The notes under the pieces are model-generated. The model was given only the letters and a program-made list of their open reading frames with translations, was not told the DNA's origin and made no database searches. A stretch of DNA of 63,567 nucleotides, filler included, from Cladosporium halotolerans (lineage: Eukaryota), in NCBI RefSeq assembly GCF_011745625.1. It is 28 parts of 28 records of this genome, joined end to end, with 100 filler letters (N's around TTAATTAATTAA, not from the genome) between each part and the next. Parts side by side here need not be neighbours in the genome. Positions count along the whole stretch, not along the records: positions 32,186 to 63,567 come from NW_027191528.1; 27 more parts are not named here. The stretch is one strand, 5' to 3'. This document shows, one piece after another, positions 46,041 to 56,232 of the stretch (the stretch's first letter is position 1; every line of letters begins with the position of its first letter). A program made the position numbers and the translations under genes.

Positions 46041-47465
46041 TTATAATACCGGCCCTTCAGCAATGCTCTTGCCACTGCGTATATCCTTCCCAGCTAGGCG
46101 CTTCGCGTTCACGATCTCCCACTCGAACTCCTTCAGAGCCCGCATTTCGCTTCCCACAAACAGGAAGCCCATCAGGCCATCAATCACTCCCACGCTCAAG
46201 CCTACGGAGCTGACCAGCATGAGGATGAAGGAAACGTAATTATGCGGAGACCACCAGACCCCGATTAAGCATCCTATCGAGAGCGCGAGGTGGTAGAAGA
46301 AATGGCCGATGCGAAGCTTCCGTTGAGTTCGCTCGCGAAGCATGTATTTTCGTGTCATCTCCAAGATCTCGTCATATGTGGTCGTGGGAAGAGGAGCAGG
46401 AGCTATTGCTGATGTAGGTGTGCTTCGAGGTTTGCGGCTGATGGTCGTTTCGATCGAGAAGTGGTCGCTCAGGGAGCACTTGAGCTCGGGATGCCGTTGT
46501 GTCATGCCTACGCGTGCACTTGTGATGTCCCAGTCGCTTTGGGAATTTTGTCCAGGGGAGAAGAAGATGTAATCAAGACGCTTCGCCCGCGGGTCGGCGT
46601 CATTGAGATCGATCACGGTGTCCTTGCCGTTTTCCAGATCTTTCTTCATAGATTTACTCCATCTCCAGGTATTCAGTTTCGAATCGCATGTCGCGCCGGA
46701 TTCATTCACACACCAGTCCACACTGGGACACTCCCCTCCCTTATCGTCTCTCCCGTGACCATCTTCCCATGCTCCGAGAGCACTGTTTGGCTTCTTAATC
46801 CTCCAAATATCCTTCACTCCTCCATGCGCCTCAATCAGCCTATGCGCCAGACTCAACGGCAGCATATTGAAATCTCCGAGCCCCAGCACAACATGTCCCC
46901 TCTCGCCCGCATGCCGCATGAACTTCGCGATCTCCCACGCCTGCGCCGTCCTGTGACAAATATAGCTATCGTGCGGCTCCTTCTCATACGGCGCATGCAA
47001 ATGCGTCGTAAACACCTCCGCGACATCCTTTTCGCCCTCCCCAAACCGTATCCTCGCGCATGCAACGCCCTTGCCCACAAACCAGTCGCCGCGATAGAAC
47101 GCCGCCGGCCGCCCGTTCAGCGGGTACCGGAACATGGAGCTCTCCTCGATCGGCCATTTCGACAGGATCGCCAGGCCGCCGCCGAAGATGCCGGAGAAGT
47201 AGAACTTGCCGTGGGGGAGGATGGCTTTGGTCGCGGAGCGGATGGCGTGGTAGTCCTGCTGCGTCCAGCACTCTTGCAGGCCGACGATGTTGGGCGGGGG
47301 GTCGAGGGCGGCGATCTGTCGGCCGATTTCTGACAGGCGCGCGTGTCGGTGTTTCGAAATGAATTTGAGGCCCCAGCAATTGAGGGAAAGGACGCGGAGG
47401 TTGGAGGGGAGGTCGAGGATATTGGAAGTCGGACGCTCATTTCCGGTGTTTGTTTGTTCCGCCAT
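46041..47465 (-). CDS. ISC1: Inositol phosphosphingolipid phospholipase C (neutral sphingomyelinase family)
   Basis: SLNCWGLK, LQECW, GDWFVGKG, THLHAPY, GDFN, RLDYIF, SDHF; two C-terminal TM helices. Confidence 0.95.
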   Translation of the reverse strand: MAEQTNTGNERPTSNILDLPSNLRVLSLNCWGLKFISKHRHARLSEIGRQIAALDPPPNIVGLQECWTQQDYHAIRSATKAILPHGKFYFSGIFGGGLAILSKWPIEESSMFRYPLNGRPAAFYRGDWFVGKGVACARIRFGEGEKDVAEVFTTHLHAPYEKEPHDSYICHRTAQAWEIAKFMRHAGERGHVVLGLGDFNMLPLSLAHRLIEAHGGVKDIWRIKKPNSALGAWEDGHGRDDKGGECPSVDWCVNESGATCDSKLNTWRWSKSMKKDLENGKDTVIDLNDADPRAKRLDYIFFSPGQNSQSDWDITSARVGMTQRHPELKCSLSDHFSIETTISRKPRSTPTSAIAPAPLPTTTYDEILEMTRKYMLRERTQRKLRIGHFFYHLALSIGCLIGVWWSPHNYVSFILMLVSSVGLSVGVIDGLMGFLFVGSEMRALKEFEWEIVNAKRLAGKDIRSGKSIAEGPVL

Positions 47466-47889
47466 GTCGTCAAATACCGGGCCTAGCTCAGTAAAGGATG
47501 GGAGTGTGATTGCACGTATGTCGTGGAATCCTCCATTGGCGAGTGTTTACGTTGCCGTCATTTCGAGGCCGCTAGCGCCGATCTCAAAACGAGGGTCCTG
47601 AATCTCCAGAAGATCTTCACGACTCACATCCTCACAATCTAGCGTTTTACGGCCCTGACAGCGGGCTGCGATATGAGTTTGCATAATGATCAGTCGGTCA
47701 AGGTGATGGCACTGCCTGTGTTGCCAGCACAGACTGCAAAGCAGCCCAGCGGCTAGGGTATGGAAAGGTACATATATTGGTCCGCAAGAAATATCACGCC
47801 AAAGACATTTGGAAACACCCCAACTTTTCCTATTCACTGACATGATACACTCACACCCTCAACCTCTTTTCCCACTCATACAAAACCCC

Positions 47890-49683
47890 TTACTCCACCA
47901 TCCCATCCCCAATCATCTTCAACGTCTCATCCCCTTCCCCCCACCACTTCTCCAACCTGCCCTCCCCCCTCCTCGCCCTCCCCGCGTCGCGATTCCTATA
48001 CACCGAATCAATAAGCCTCACATCCTCCGGGCCGACCAAAAACCGCTTAAGATCAGCATTGAAACGATCGTAGTGGACCCCGAGCTTCTCCCACACGTTC
48101 CCGCTCAAGCGCCGATTCACCAGCCTCTGCAATCTCTTGCCTTCCTGGCCGGCGTGCACGGCAGCTGGGTCACCGCGCACGAGGGGCTTGGCGTGGAAGG
48201 AGAGGAGGGTGTCTGACTTCGCGACGGCGGCGAGGAGTGAGTTCAGGGTTTCTTGCGGCATGGGCGTGGAGGAGAGGTTGAGGTACTGGAGGGAGGGGGT
48301 TGTGGTGACGAGGTCGACGAGCGGTTGGGCGTCTGACAGCCAGTTGTAGCGAGTGCCGAGGTCTTCGGTCGCATAGCTCTGGCCGAGATCGAGGGTTTTG
48401 AGGGGTTGGTTTTGGAGGGCGCGGAGGAGAGGGGTTGTTGAGGCGTCGCTGAGACCGCAGGATTGCAGGGAGAGGCGCTCGAGGGTGGAGTTTGCTGCGA
48501 GGCCGGGGGCGAGGGCGGCGAGAGCGGGGCCGATAGGGTTGTTTGATATGAAGAGGGATGTTAGAGCGCAGGAGGGCGAGGCGAGGTAGAGGCTAATGTG
48601 AGGGCAGGCTTGGGTGCTGATGCCGACTGCGTTGAGGTAGATGTGTCGGAGTGCGTGGGGCTTCGAATGGTTTGCGAGGAGCGAGAAGAGCTCTGCTACG
48701 CCCTCGTCACCGAGCTCGGTCTGGTCGAGATCTAATGTTCGCAGTTTCGGCGACTGTGTGATCAATCTGAACACGTCCTTCGCTGCATCCCGGCCGAGTG
48801 GGTTACGCTTAAGCCAGATATTGGAGACCACTGGCGACTTGACCATGCTGTCTACAAGACGGCCGAAGCTGGCAGTGTCAATGCAATTGCCAGCCAGATA
48901 CCAAGTCTCGAAACGCTCAGGGAACTCCTCAATGAACAAAGCGATGCTATCAGCACCGACGGGCCCGATGATGTTATTGCCGAGCAAGAAGTGCTTCGAG
49001 GGAGTATTGGGCTTCAAGCTGTTCATCAAGTCCCCGATATTGCGAGGCCCAGTCGCCATCTTGCAGAGGTCGACGCGGCCATCTGAGTACAGGACGCCTT
49101 TCTCAAACTCGATGAGCTCAACGTTGTAGTAGGGCTCGATGCCAGCAATTCCCTCGCCATTTTCGGAGACCTGGTGAGTCCCGTTGTTGCGAAGGTGGGC
49201 AAAGAAAGGTGCCAGCGACTCCTTGTCGGAGACCTCGACCGGCATGGGAAGTGAAGACGCGCCAGTCAACGGCAGTGGATCTTTAATTGGATCCCATGGG
49301 CCTTGCTTCTGAATGCGTTTGGCGAAATTATGGCTCTCGTTCTCCTTCGTGGCTTTCGAGACGGCAGAGCGTCGCTGCTCCTGAATGAGTGCCCGGAGAG
49401 AAACGATGTCTTTCTCATATTGGATGATGGGCGCGAGAGAGTCTGGTGGATGATCAGGGTAGAGTTTGGCGGCTACCTGAGAGGCGAGTCCTCTGCGAGT
49501 CGTGCCGCGGCGGGGCGCCTCCATGATGGTTTCGTCGATACGAGTTTGTGCATGTTCATCATCGCTGTTTTCGTCGATAGAATACCTAGCTATCTGCAAG
49601 TTCTGGCGGATGGTGTCTGCCCAGTACTCGGAAGACTCGGTAGGGGGAATAGCGGATGTTGAGTCCATGGTGATGGCTGGCAT
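47890..49683 (-). CDS. RNI-like leucine-rich repeat protein (597 aa, intronless)
   Basis: HFLLGNNIIG, WYLAGNCI, IWLKRNPLG, LRTLDLDQTELG, LERLSLQSCGL; EFEKGVLYSDGRVDLCKM upstream. Confidence 0.88.
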   Translation of the reverse strand: MPAITMDSTSAIPPTESSEYWADTIRQNLQIARYSIDENSDDEHAQTRIDETIMEAPRRGTTRRGLASQVAAKLYPDHPPDSLAPIIQYEKDIVSLRALIQEQRRSAVSKATKENESHNFAKRIQKQGPWDPIKDPLPLTGASSLPMPVEVSDKESLAPFFAHLRNNGTHQVSENGEGIAGIEPYYNVELIEFEKGVLYSDGRVDLCKMATGPRNIGDLMNSLKPNTPSKHFLLGNNIIGPVGADSIALFIEEFPERFETWYLAGNCIDTASFGRLVDSMVKSPVVSNIWLKRNPLGRDAAKDVFRLITQSPKLRTLDLDQTELGDEGVAELFSLLANHSKPHALRHIYLNAVGISTQACPHISLYLASPSCALTSLFISNNPIGPALAALAPGLAANSTLERLSLQSCGLSDASTTPLLRALQNQPLKTLDLGQSYATEDLGTRYNWLSDAQPLVDLVTTTPSLQYLNLSSTPMPQETLNSLLAAVAKSDTLLSFHAKPLVRGDPAAVHAGQEGKRLQRLVNRRLSGNVWEKLGVHYDRFNADLKRFLVGPEDVRLIDSVYRNRDAGRARRGEGRLEKWWGEGDETLKMIGDGMVE

Positions 49684-50123
49684 CGTGGATAGACAGAATG
49701 GGCGTATCGGACCGCGTCAATGAACCGCCTGTACACTTCGCTATACTGAAAGGTATGTACAATTTTATAAGTGATTGTGAGCGGTATTGTGACACAACGC
49801 TGGGCTGTAAACCGTGTGAGTCACGGCCAATGATGATTCGGATAATGGAACTGCGTCGTCAAACGGGGAAGGATTTCTAAGGATTCAGAACAGCGTGGGG
49901 CACGGTTGTTAATTTGGAAGGATTCAATTTGCATGTCCTATTACTACTGACTCGATGGCGCGCGCTTGCTGCTTCATTACTACTGGCATCCTGGCGAACC
50001 GGTGAAGGATCCCCGCTTTCGCTTGCAGCAGCTTCCATGAGGTTCTTCGAAACGAAGCTCGGATAATCATCGAGCTTAAAAGGGTATCTTTTTACTGAGT
50101 TGGTTGTGGAATCGTGGAATGCA

Positions 50124-51458
50124 TCAGCCGATGACCTTGTAGCCACCCGCCTTCTTGACCGGCTTCTTCTCAATGACAGCGCCAGTGTTAGCGCGCAGAG
50201 GATCATCCTGCTTCTTCTCCTTCTTGTCGTTGTTGCTGCGGCCGCGATTGTTATTGTTGTTATACTTGCCTTTGCCCTTGTTGTTGTCCTTGTGCACCGT
50301 CGGCTTGAGGTCCACCTTCGAGCGCTGAATGGTGACAGGGTGGCTGCCAATGTACTTTCCGACCATCTCACGCGCGGCCTTGAAGCCCTGCTCACCGTCG
50401 TAGAAGGCCACGAACCCGAAACCTTTTGATTTGGTCGTGCGCTTTTCGCGGATCACGCGTGCCTTTGACACACCGTACTGCGCAAACGCTTTGGTGAGGG
50501 AGTCGTCGGTGACCTCACCTGCAAGATTACCCACCATGATGCGGAACTGGTTGGGATCCCATTCAACGAGGGTCGGGTCTTCCCAAGTCTGACCGCCTCC
50601 CTTGCGAACGACGGTCAACTTCTTGCCGCCGTTGTCGGCTTGGGGGTCAGCTGGGCCAGCGCGCGGACCGATTTGAGAGGCGTTGGCGTTCTCGGGTTTG
50701 CCACGGGATTCTTTGGTGGCGTTGGGATCGACTGGTGCGTATTGAGCCTGCCATTGTGCTAGCTGTGCCTCTTCCTCGGGGTCGTAGTTCGCGTTGTGTG
50801 CGCCATACGGATTGTGAGCTGGTGGCGGGGCGGGGAAGGGGTTGCGGATAGTTGGTGGCGTTTGACCGTATGGTTGCTGTGGTTGCTGGGCGTATTGATT
50901 CGGGTAGGCAGGGGCGTAGTTGTTGTATTGGGTGTTGCCGTACGGGTAAGCCATGTTGGCGTGATACGGATTAGGGTAGTATGGGTCGGTTTGGTAAGAG
51001 TAGGGTTGGTGAGGATTGGGTTGGTAAGGAGCGGGGTGGTAAGAGTCGGCGTGGTAGAGGTTCGGGTGGTAGGGATCTGGCTGATTCTGATCTGACTGAA
51101 CGTATGCGGCCTGGTATCGAATGCCCTGGTCCTGATACACGGGGTTTTGAACGGCCTGGTGCGGATAGCCTTGATAGTGATACTGACGGCCTTGATGCTC
51201 ACGGCCTTGATGCTGATGGCCTTGGTACTGGTAGCCTTGGTGCTGATAACCTTGGTATTGGTCGTCTTGGTACCGATTGCCTTGGTACTGATCGAATTGG
51301 TCCTGAAGTCCCTGTTCGTGATCGGCTTCGTTGTGATCGCCCTGTAGGTAGTAGTGGTGCCCGTAGGCCGGCTCAGAGTATGCGCGCGGAATTTCCCATT
51401 CGCGCCACGCGCCCGCGCCGCCTCCTCCGCGCCCGTCCCTTGCGGCTGCCCGGTCCAT
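50124..51458 (-). CDS. RRM RNA-binding protein (RBM42-like); start either 51458 or 50954
   Basis: GGQTWEDPTLVEWDP..FRIMVGNLAGEVTDDSL, KSKGFGFVAF, MVGKYIGSHP. Confidence 0.88.
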   Translation of the reverse strand: MDRAAARDGRGGGGAGAWREWEIPRAYSEPAYGHHYYLQGDHNEADHEQGLQDQFDQYQGNRYQDDQYQGYQHQGYQYQGHQHQGREHQGRQYHYQGYPHQAVQNPVYQDQGIRYQAAYVQSDQNQPDPYHPNLYHADSYHPAPYQPNPHQPYSYQTDPYYPNPYHANMAYPYGNTQYNNYAPAYPNQYAQQPQQPYGQTPPTIRNPFPAPPPAHNPYGAHNANYDPEEEAQLAQWQAQYAPVDPNATKESRGKPENANASQIGPRAGPADPQADNGGKKLTVVRKGGGQTWEDPTLVEWDPNQFRIMVGNLAGEVTDDSLTKAFAQYGVSKARVIREKRTTKSKGFGFVAFYDGEQGFKAAREMVGKYIGSHPVTIQRSKVDLKPTVHKDNNKGKGKYNNNNNRGRSNNDKKEKKQDDPLRANTGAVIEKKPVKKAGGYKVIG

Positions 51459-52213
51459 GCCGATCTCTTCCTTCACGTTGATATGTGCTTACCTTGGGTG
51501 GTTTGTTGGTGAATTTTGTGTCGCGAGTTGGTGAAGGGTGACGTGTTGGATGATCAATGGCAAATCGAAATTGTTGAAGGTATTTCACACCTTTTTGTTG
51601 TTGCCACACATGTTCACATGCGAGGAAGGCACGAATCGTCCGTCAGGCATCAAGGCATACATCAATCCGCTAGCCACCGCATGCTCTCTGAGCAACATTT
51701 GGCTTTCATCAGGCTATGGAAGAGGGCAACAACTTGAATGCGTTTGATTCGATTCCGGACCAGGGAATGAACAGACACCTGATCGTTTCCCACAATGGAA
51801 CACATCCAGTTCACACGTCTTGGATGCGGCTTACCTTAGCAGAGCGAAGCGCAACAAGAGAATGCCACAAACTTTCGGGTTGGCGGGCTTCACCGCGTTA
51901 CATCATCTATCACATGCCGCCCGCGTCTGCTTTCACACCACGCGACCATCAGCACCGCGCTCTAACATCGCCTGTCGCTGCGAAGCTGCGACTATCTCTT
52001 CCCTCTCTCATCTATAGCTCCTACACATCCTGCCTGTCGCTTCCATGTTGATGCACGCCTGGACGATTCGCCTGCACCTGCGATGAGGCTAGCTTTCACT
52101 CACCCTCCCGTTGTGTGCTCATGAGATGACTCTTCTCGCCTGAGGTTCTTCAGTTTGAGCGAGCAACCAACCCACCAAGCACCCAGACTGCAGCCTGATA
52201 CCACGCCGCCAAG

Positions 52214-54775
52214 ATGATGGCCTCCCGGATCGTCTCGAGGCTGCTGCCTGTCGCAGAAGGCGACTCAGTCTTCGAAGACGGCCGTTCTAACGCTGACATG
52301 GACTTCGAGCCGTCTAGAAGAGCCGGTCAGGGTGGATACTTTGTCTCTGGAGATGATGACCCAGAAGCGATGCTTTACGAAGCTTCGGTGGACCGCGGTC
52401 CTTTCCGCGACCTTGCCAGCCCGGAGACGCGACCTCTGGCTCATGGCTCAGTGTCGCTAGCCCACAGTCAGCCAGCCTGGCTTGATGGACAGCAGAAGAG
52501 GAGGCAAGACGAGGAAGAGGAGGTACCCGAGTCTTTGCTGTTGGAGCGTAAGGGGAAGCCTACGCCCAAGCGAGGAGATACCCCCAAGAATCAAGGCGCT
52601 GGAAGGTCGAGGACAGACGAACAGTGGGACAAAATGCAGCAACAACATAAGTTACATTCTTCGAACGTGCTTCACATTGCTGGAAATGCCCCACCAAGGC
52701 CAGGGAATGACCCTGTCGCCTCTCCGCCCGCGCGACCCAATCCTCAAGCCAACGCAATGTGGACCTTTACAAACGCTTCCAACATAGACGCCTTCCTACA
52801 TGAGGCTTACCAGTACTTCGTCGGACATGGAATGCAATCGATTCTACTCGCTCGCTTTCTCTCGCAGGCTACAGAGCTCTTTGTCTTCTGCTTCGCAATG
52901 TTCTTGACAACTTGTATCGACTACTCAAAGATACCGACCAGCAAGAAGACGTCAGAAGTCCTGGTTCCCAAATGTATCGACCACGCGCCATGGCTCAAGA
53001 AAGCTGCAATCTTCGTATTCATCGTCTACTGGGGTATGATGTGTGTCCGCAACATAAGAGAGATTGGTAAGCTGCGGCGGATGCGTGACTTCTACACGCA
53101 CGTTCTTGAAATCGACGAGGATGACATGCAGACTGTTTCGTGGCTGAGAGTTGTAGATGGGTTAGTCAGAGTGCAGAACGCAAACATTGCCACTGCGGCA
53201 AATGGGCCGCGGATGAAGCGATATTTAGACTACAATCGCCCGCAACAGCGCGTCACCGCAGAGACTGTTGCAAATCGGCTGATGCGCCAGGACAACTACT
53301 ATGTTGCGCTGTTCAACAAGGAGATTTTCGACTTCACTCTTCCGGTCCCGTTCTTGGGCAGCCGCACATTCTACTCGAAAAGCTTGGAATGGTGCATCGA
53401 CTTCTGTCTGACAAACTTTGTCTTTGATGAGCAAGGCGCGCCCAGGCCATTTGCCCTGGATGTCAAGAACCGCAAAGTACTCGTCGAAGGCCTACGGCGG
53501 CGTCTACGATTTGCTGCGCTGATCAGCATCATCTTCGCACCATGGAACATACTCCGTTTCTCCATCGTCTACTTTTTCCGCTATTACACTGAGTTCACGC
53601 GCAACCCCGCGCGAGCCAGCCTTCGTGCATTTACACCCTTTGCCGAGTGGAAGATCCGCGAATTCAACGAGCTTGAGCACCTATTTCAACGCAGGATACG
53701 CCAGGCATATCCCTTCGCAATCGAGTACCTAAAGCAATTTCCTAAGGACAAGACGGACCAGCTCTGCCGGTTCGTAGCTTTCGTCAGTGGTGCATTCGCC
53801 GGTGTTCTAGCCCTTGCAACTCTGTTCGACTCCGAGCTCTTCCTTGGCTTCGAGATCACCGAAGGCCGGACGACCGTCTTCTGGATCTCTGTCATGGTCG
53901 GCATCTTCAGCGTGGCGCACGGCGCCCTCCCCGACGAAACCGAAAGCCACGACCCCGTCCTGCACCTTAAAGAAGTCCTCCTCTATATCCACTACATGCC
54001 CTCGCACTGGAAAGACCGGCTGCACAGCAATGAAGTTCGCGCCGAGTTCTCCGCCCTCTACCAGAACAAGATCCTCATCTTCCTCGAGGAGATCCTCAGC
54101 CTCGTGCTCTCGCCCATCATCCTCTACCGCAACTCCACGACCCGCTGCGAGCGCATCGTCGACTTCTTCCGTGAGTCCACCGTGCACGTCGAGGGCGTCG
54201 GCAACCAGTGCAACTTCGCCGTCTTCAACTTCAAGAAGCACCAGCACGCCGTTGATGACCCCCAAACAGCTCTGCAGGAGCCCGACGGCCTGCGCGACGA
54301 CTACTTCGGCCTCAAGGACGACAAGATGGCCGCGTCCATCCACAACTTCGCCCAGTACTACAGCGCATACAACCAGCGCCCCGGCGCCGCCCGCAGGCCC
54401 TACCAGCGCCCGCCCGACTGGCCGCCCTTATCACCACCAACCATCGCCGAGGAAACCGAGCCCGCCGGCCGCCCCAGCGCACCGCATGCAACACGGCACT
54501 CGAACTTCGCCCAGCGCCGCCACACGCCCTTGTCCCCGCAACACCTCGCGCGCGACCGCCGCCCCGCGTCTTCTCGGCAGGTCTCCCTCGGCCCGTCGGA
54601 GAGCAGGCTCATGGCGCAGGACAGCGATTTGGACGACTACGAGCGCACGGTGGGGCGCGATAGGCTTGAGAGCGAGACGGAGGGCGATGAGAGCGCGGGG
54701 CCCGGGCAGGAGGGCGTGCTGGGGATGCTGGCGCAGTTTACTAGGGCGAAGACGGAGAAGGGGATTGAGATTTGA
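52214..54775 (+). CDS. ATG9: Autophagy-related protein 9 (lipid scramblase)
   Basis: NIDAFLHEAYQYF, ANRLMRQDNYYVAL, WKIREFNELEHLF, YLKQFPK, HYMPSHW, IVDFFRESTVHVEGVG. Confidence 0.96.
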   Translation: MMASRIVSRLLPVAEGDSVFEDGRSNADMDFEPSRRAGQGGYFVSGDDDPEAMLYEASVDRGPFRDLASPETRPLAHGSVSLAHSQPAWLDGQQKRRQDEEEEVPESLLLERKGKPTPKRGDTPKNQGAGRSRTDEQWDKMQQQHKLHSSNVLHIAGNAPPRPGNDPVASPPARPNPQANAMWTFTNASNIDAFLHEAYQYFVGHGMQSILLARFLSQATELFVFCFAMFLTTCIDYSKIPTSKKTSEVLVPKCIDHAPWLKKAAIFVFIVYWGMMCVRNIREIGKLRRMRDFYTHVLEIDEDDMQTVSWLRVVDGLVRVQNANIATAANGPRMKRYLDYNRPQQRVTAETVANRLMRQDNYYVALFNKEIFDFTLPVPFLGSRTFYSKSLEWCIDFCLTNFVFDEQGAPRPFALDVKNRKVLVEGLRRRLRFAALISIIFAPWNILRFSIVYFFRYYTEFTRNPARASLRAFTPFAEWKIREFNELEHLFQRRIRQAYPFAIEYLKQFPKDKTDQLCRFVAFVSGAFAGVLALATLFDSELFLGFEITEGRTTVFWISVMVGIFSVAHGALPDETESHDPVLHLKEVLLYIHYMPSHWKDRLHSNEVRAEFSALYQNKILIFLEEILSLVLSPIILYRNSTTRCERIVDFFRESTVHVEGVGNQCNFAVFNFKKHQHAVDDPQTALQEPDGLRDDYFGLKDDKMAASIHNFAQYYSAYNQRPGAARRPYQRPPDWPPLSPPTIAEETEPAGRPSAPHATRHSNFAQRRHTPLSPQHLARDRRPASSRQVSLGPSESRLMAQDSDLDDYERTVGRDRLESETEGDESAGPGQEGVLGMLAQFTRAKTEKGIEI

Positions 54776-55266
54776 TTCTGTTGAGGTTGGTGCGATGGGG
54801 GAATTTGGGGGAATACCAGGTCGTTGGACTTCTTGATAACTGAGGTAATGGATTGGAAGTGCCATGCTCTTACCACTGGATCACGACTGTGCTGGGAAAT
54901 GATACTCATTTTTTCCACTGAAACTGCTCTGCACTCCATATGTATACCACCGATCTATGTAACTCGATCGCTCGGTCAAAGTAATACGTAAGCCGTTAGG
55001 GGTCGTGAGCGTCTCGTCTCTCTTGTCAAGTACACACATAGCCGTTCATCGTCGTCAGGAGGGAAAAAATAGAATAAAAGAATAAACAGAGAAGAAAAGC
55101 TCGCCGATTCTCTCCTCTCTCTCACGAGAGGGAGGCCCAGATCCAAGCGTCGTCCAAAATCTCAACTTCGACAACACACCCAATCGGTCAGTGGCTCGCT
55201 CGAGCCTATTCAACCAATAAGGATCCCTCCTCCTCAAATCCACACCATCCATCAGAATCACTTGAA

Positions 55267-56232
55267 TCACTCCCCCTCCCAAACCCCCTCAACCCCCAAC
55301 CAATACCTCTCCTTCTCCCCACACCACCTGCCCCTCCCGTCAACCCTATCCCTCTTAACGCTCCACTCGCGCCTCTCCGCCGCCCCGCCGAAACCCTGAC
55401 CCTCGCACCACGAGAACATGACCTCCTGCGCCGCGAAGACGAAGCACTTGCGTGTGCTGGCCGGCAGCAGCGCGGCATTCGTCAAATCCGCGCGGATGCG
55501 GTGCGTGGCGTCGTCGTAGGAGAAGAGCGCGAGGGCGGCGGAGATGGATGTGAGGAATAAGGTGAGGAGGAGGGAGAGCAGGGTTGCGGGGGAGGTGAGG
55601 AGGGTGTTGTGGAGGTCGGCGAGGGTGAGGGTGGGCTCGGTGTCGGAGACGATGGCGCGGACGTCGAGCGGGGAGCAGGCGCGGGCGCGGTAGGCGCGGA
55701 GGAGGGCGCAGGCGTTGAGGGCGGCGGTGTGGCCGAAGAGGTGTAGGAGTATGGGTTGTGGGGGAGGGGGCTTTTCGCTGGGGTGGGTGGGGAGGGAGGC
55801 GGTGAGGGTTGTTGTTAGGGCGTCGAGGTCGGGGGAGGTGGTGCGCCAGGAGGAGCTGCGGAGGAGGAGAACTTTGGCGCTGGGGTAGAGGTCCTCGTAG
55901 CCTGCGATGTAGGAGGCGATTTGGGAGTCGGTGGCGTGAGGCCAGAGGCTGAGAATGATGAAGTGGGGTGGTGCGGTTGTTGATTTTGTCACCGGCGTGT
56001 TGACTAGGCTGTTGTCGACTGAGGAGGAGATTGACGAGACGGATTTGTCTGATCGTGTTGATCGGGTTGAGTTGGATCGTTGGACCATGGTGAAGGGAAG
56101 GTCGAATTTTTGTGTCTCTAACGCGTCGATGTTGACCTCTGACAGAGGGTGGGTCGCGGGTGTGTACATGGAGTCAGCCATGTCGGACGAATCAGGCGTT
56201 TGATTGGAGACTGGATGGCTGTCGTTGTGCAT
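55267..56232 (-). CDS. DUF829 (TMEM53/PaxU-like) alpha/beta-hydrolase-like protein
   Basis: IILSLWPHA..IASYIAGYEDLYP, ILLHLFGH, AIVSDTEP, ERYWLGV. Confidence 0.65.
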   Translation of the reverse strand: MHNDSHPVSNQTPDSSDMADSMYTPATHPLSEVNIDALETQKFDLPFTMVQRSNSTRSTRSDKSVSSISSSVDNSLVNTPVTKSTTAPPHFIILSLWPHATDSQIASYIAGYEDLYPSAKVLLLRSSSWRTTSPDLDALTTTLTASLPTHPSEKPPPPQPILLHLFGHTAALNACALLRAYRARACSPLDVRAIVSDTEPTLTLADLHNTLLTSPATLLSLLLTLFLTSISAALALFSYDDATHRIRADLTNAALLPASTRKCFVFAAQEVMFSWCEGQGFGGAAERREWSVKRDRVDGRGRWCGEKERYWLGVEGVWEGE

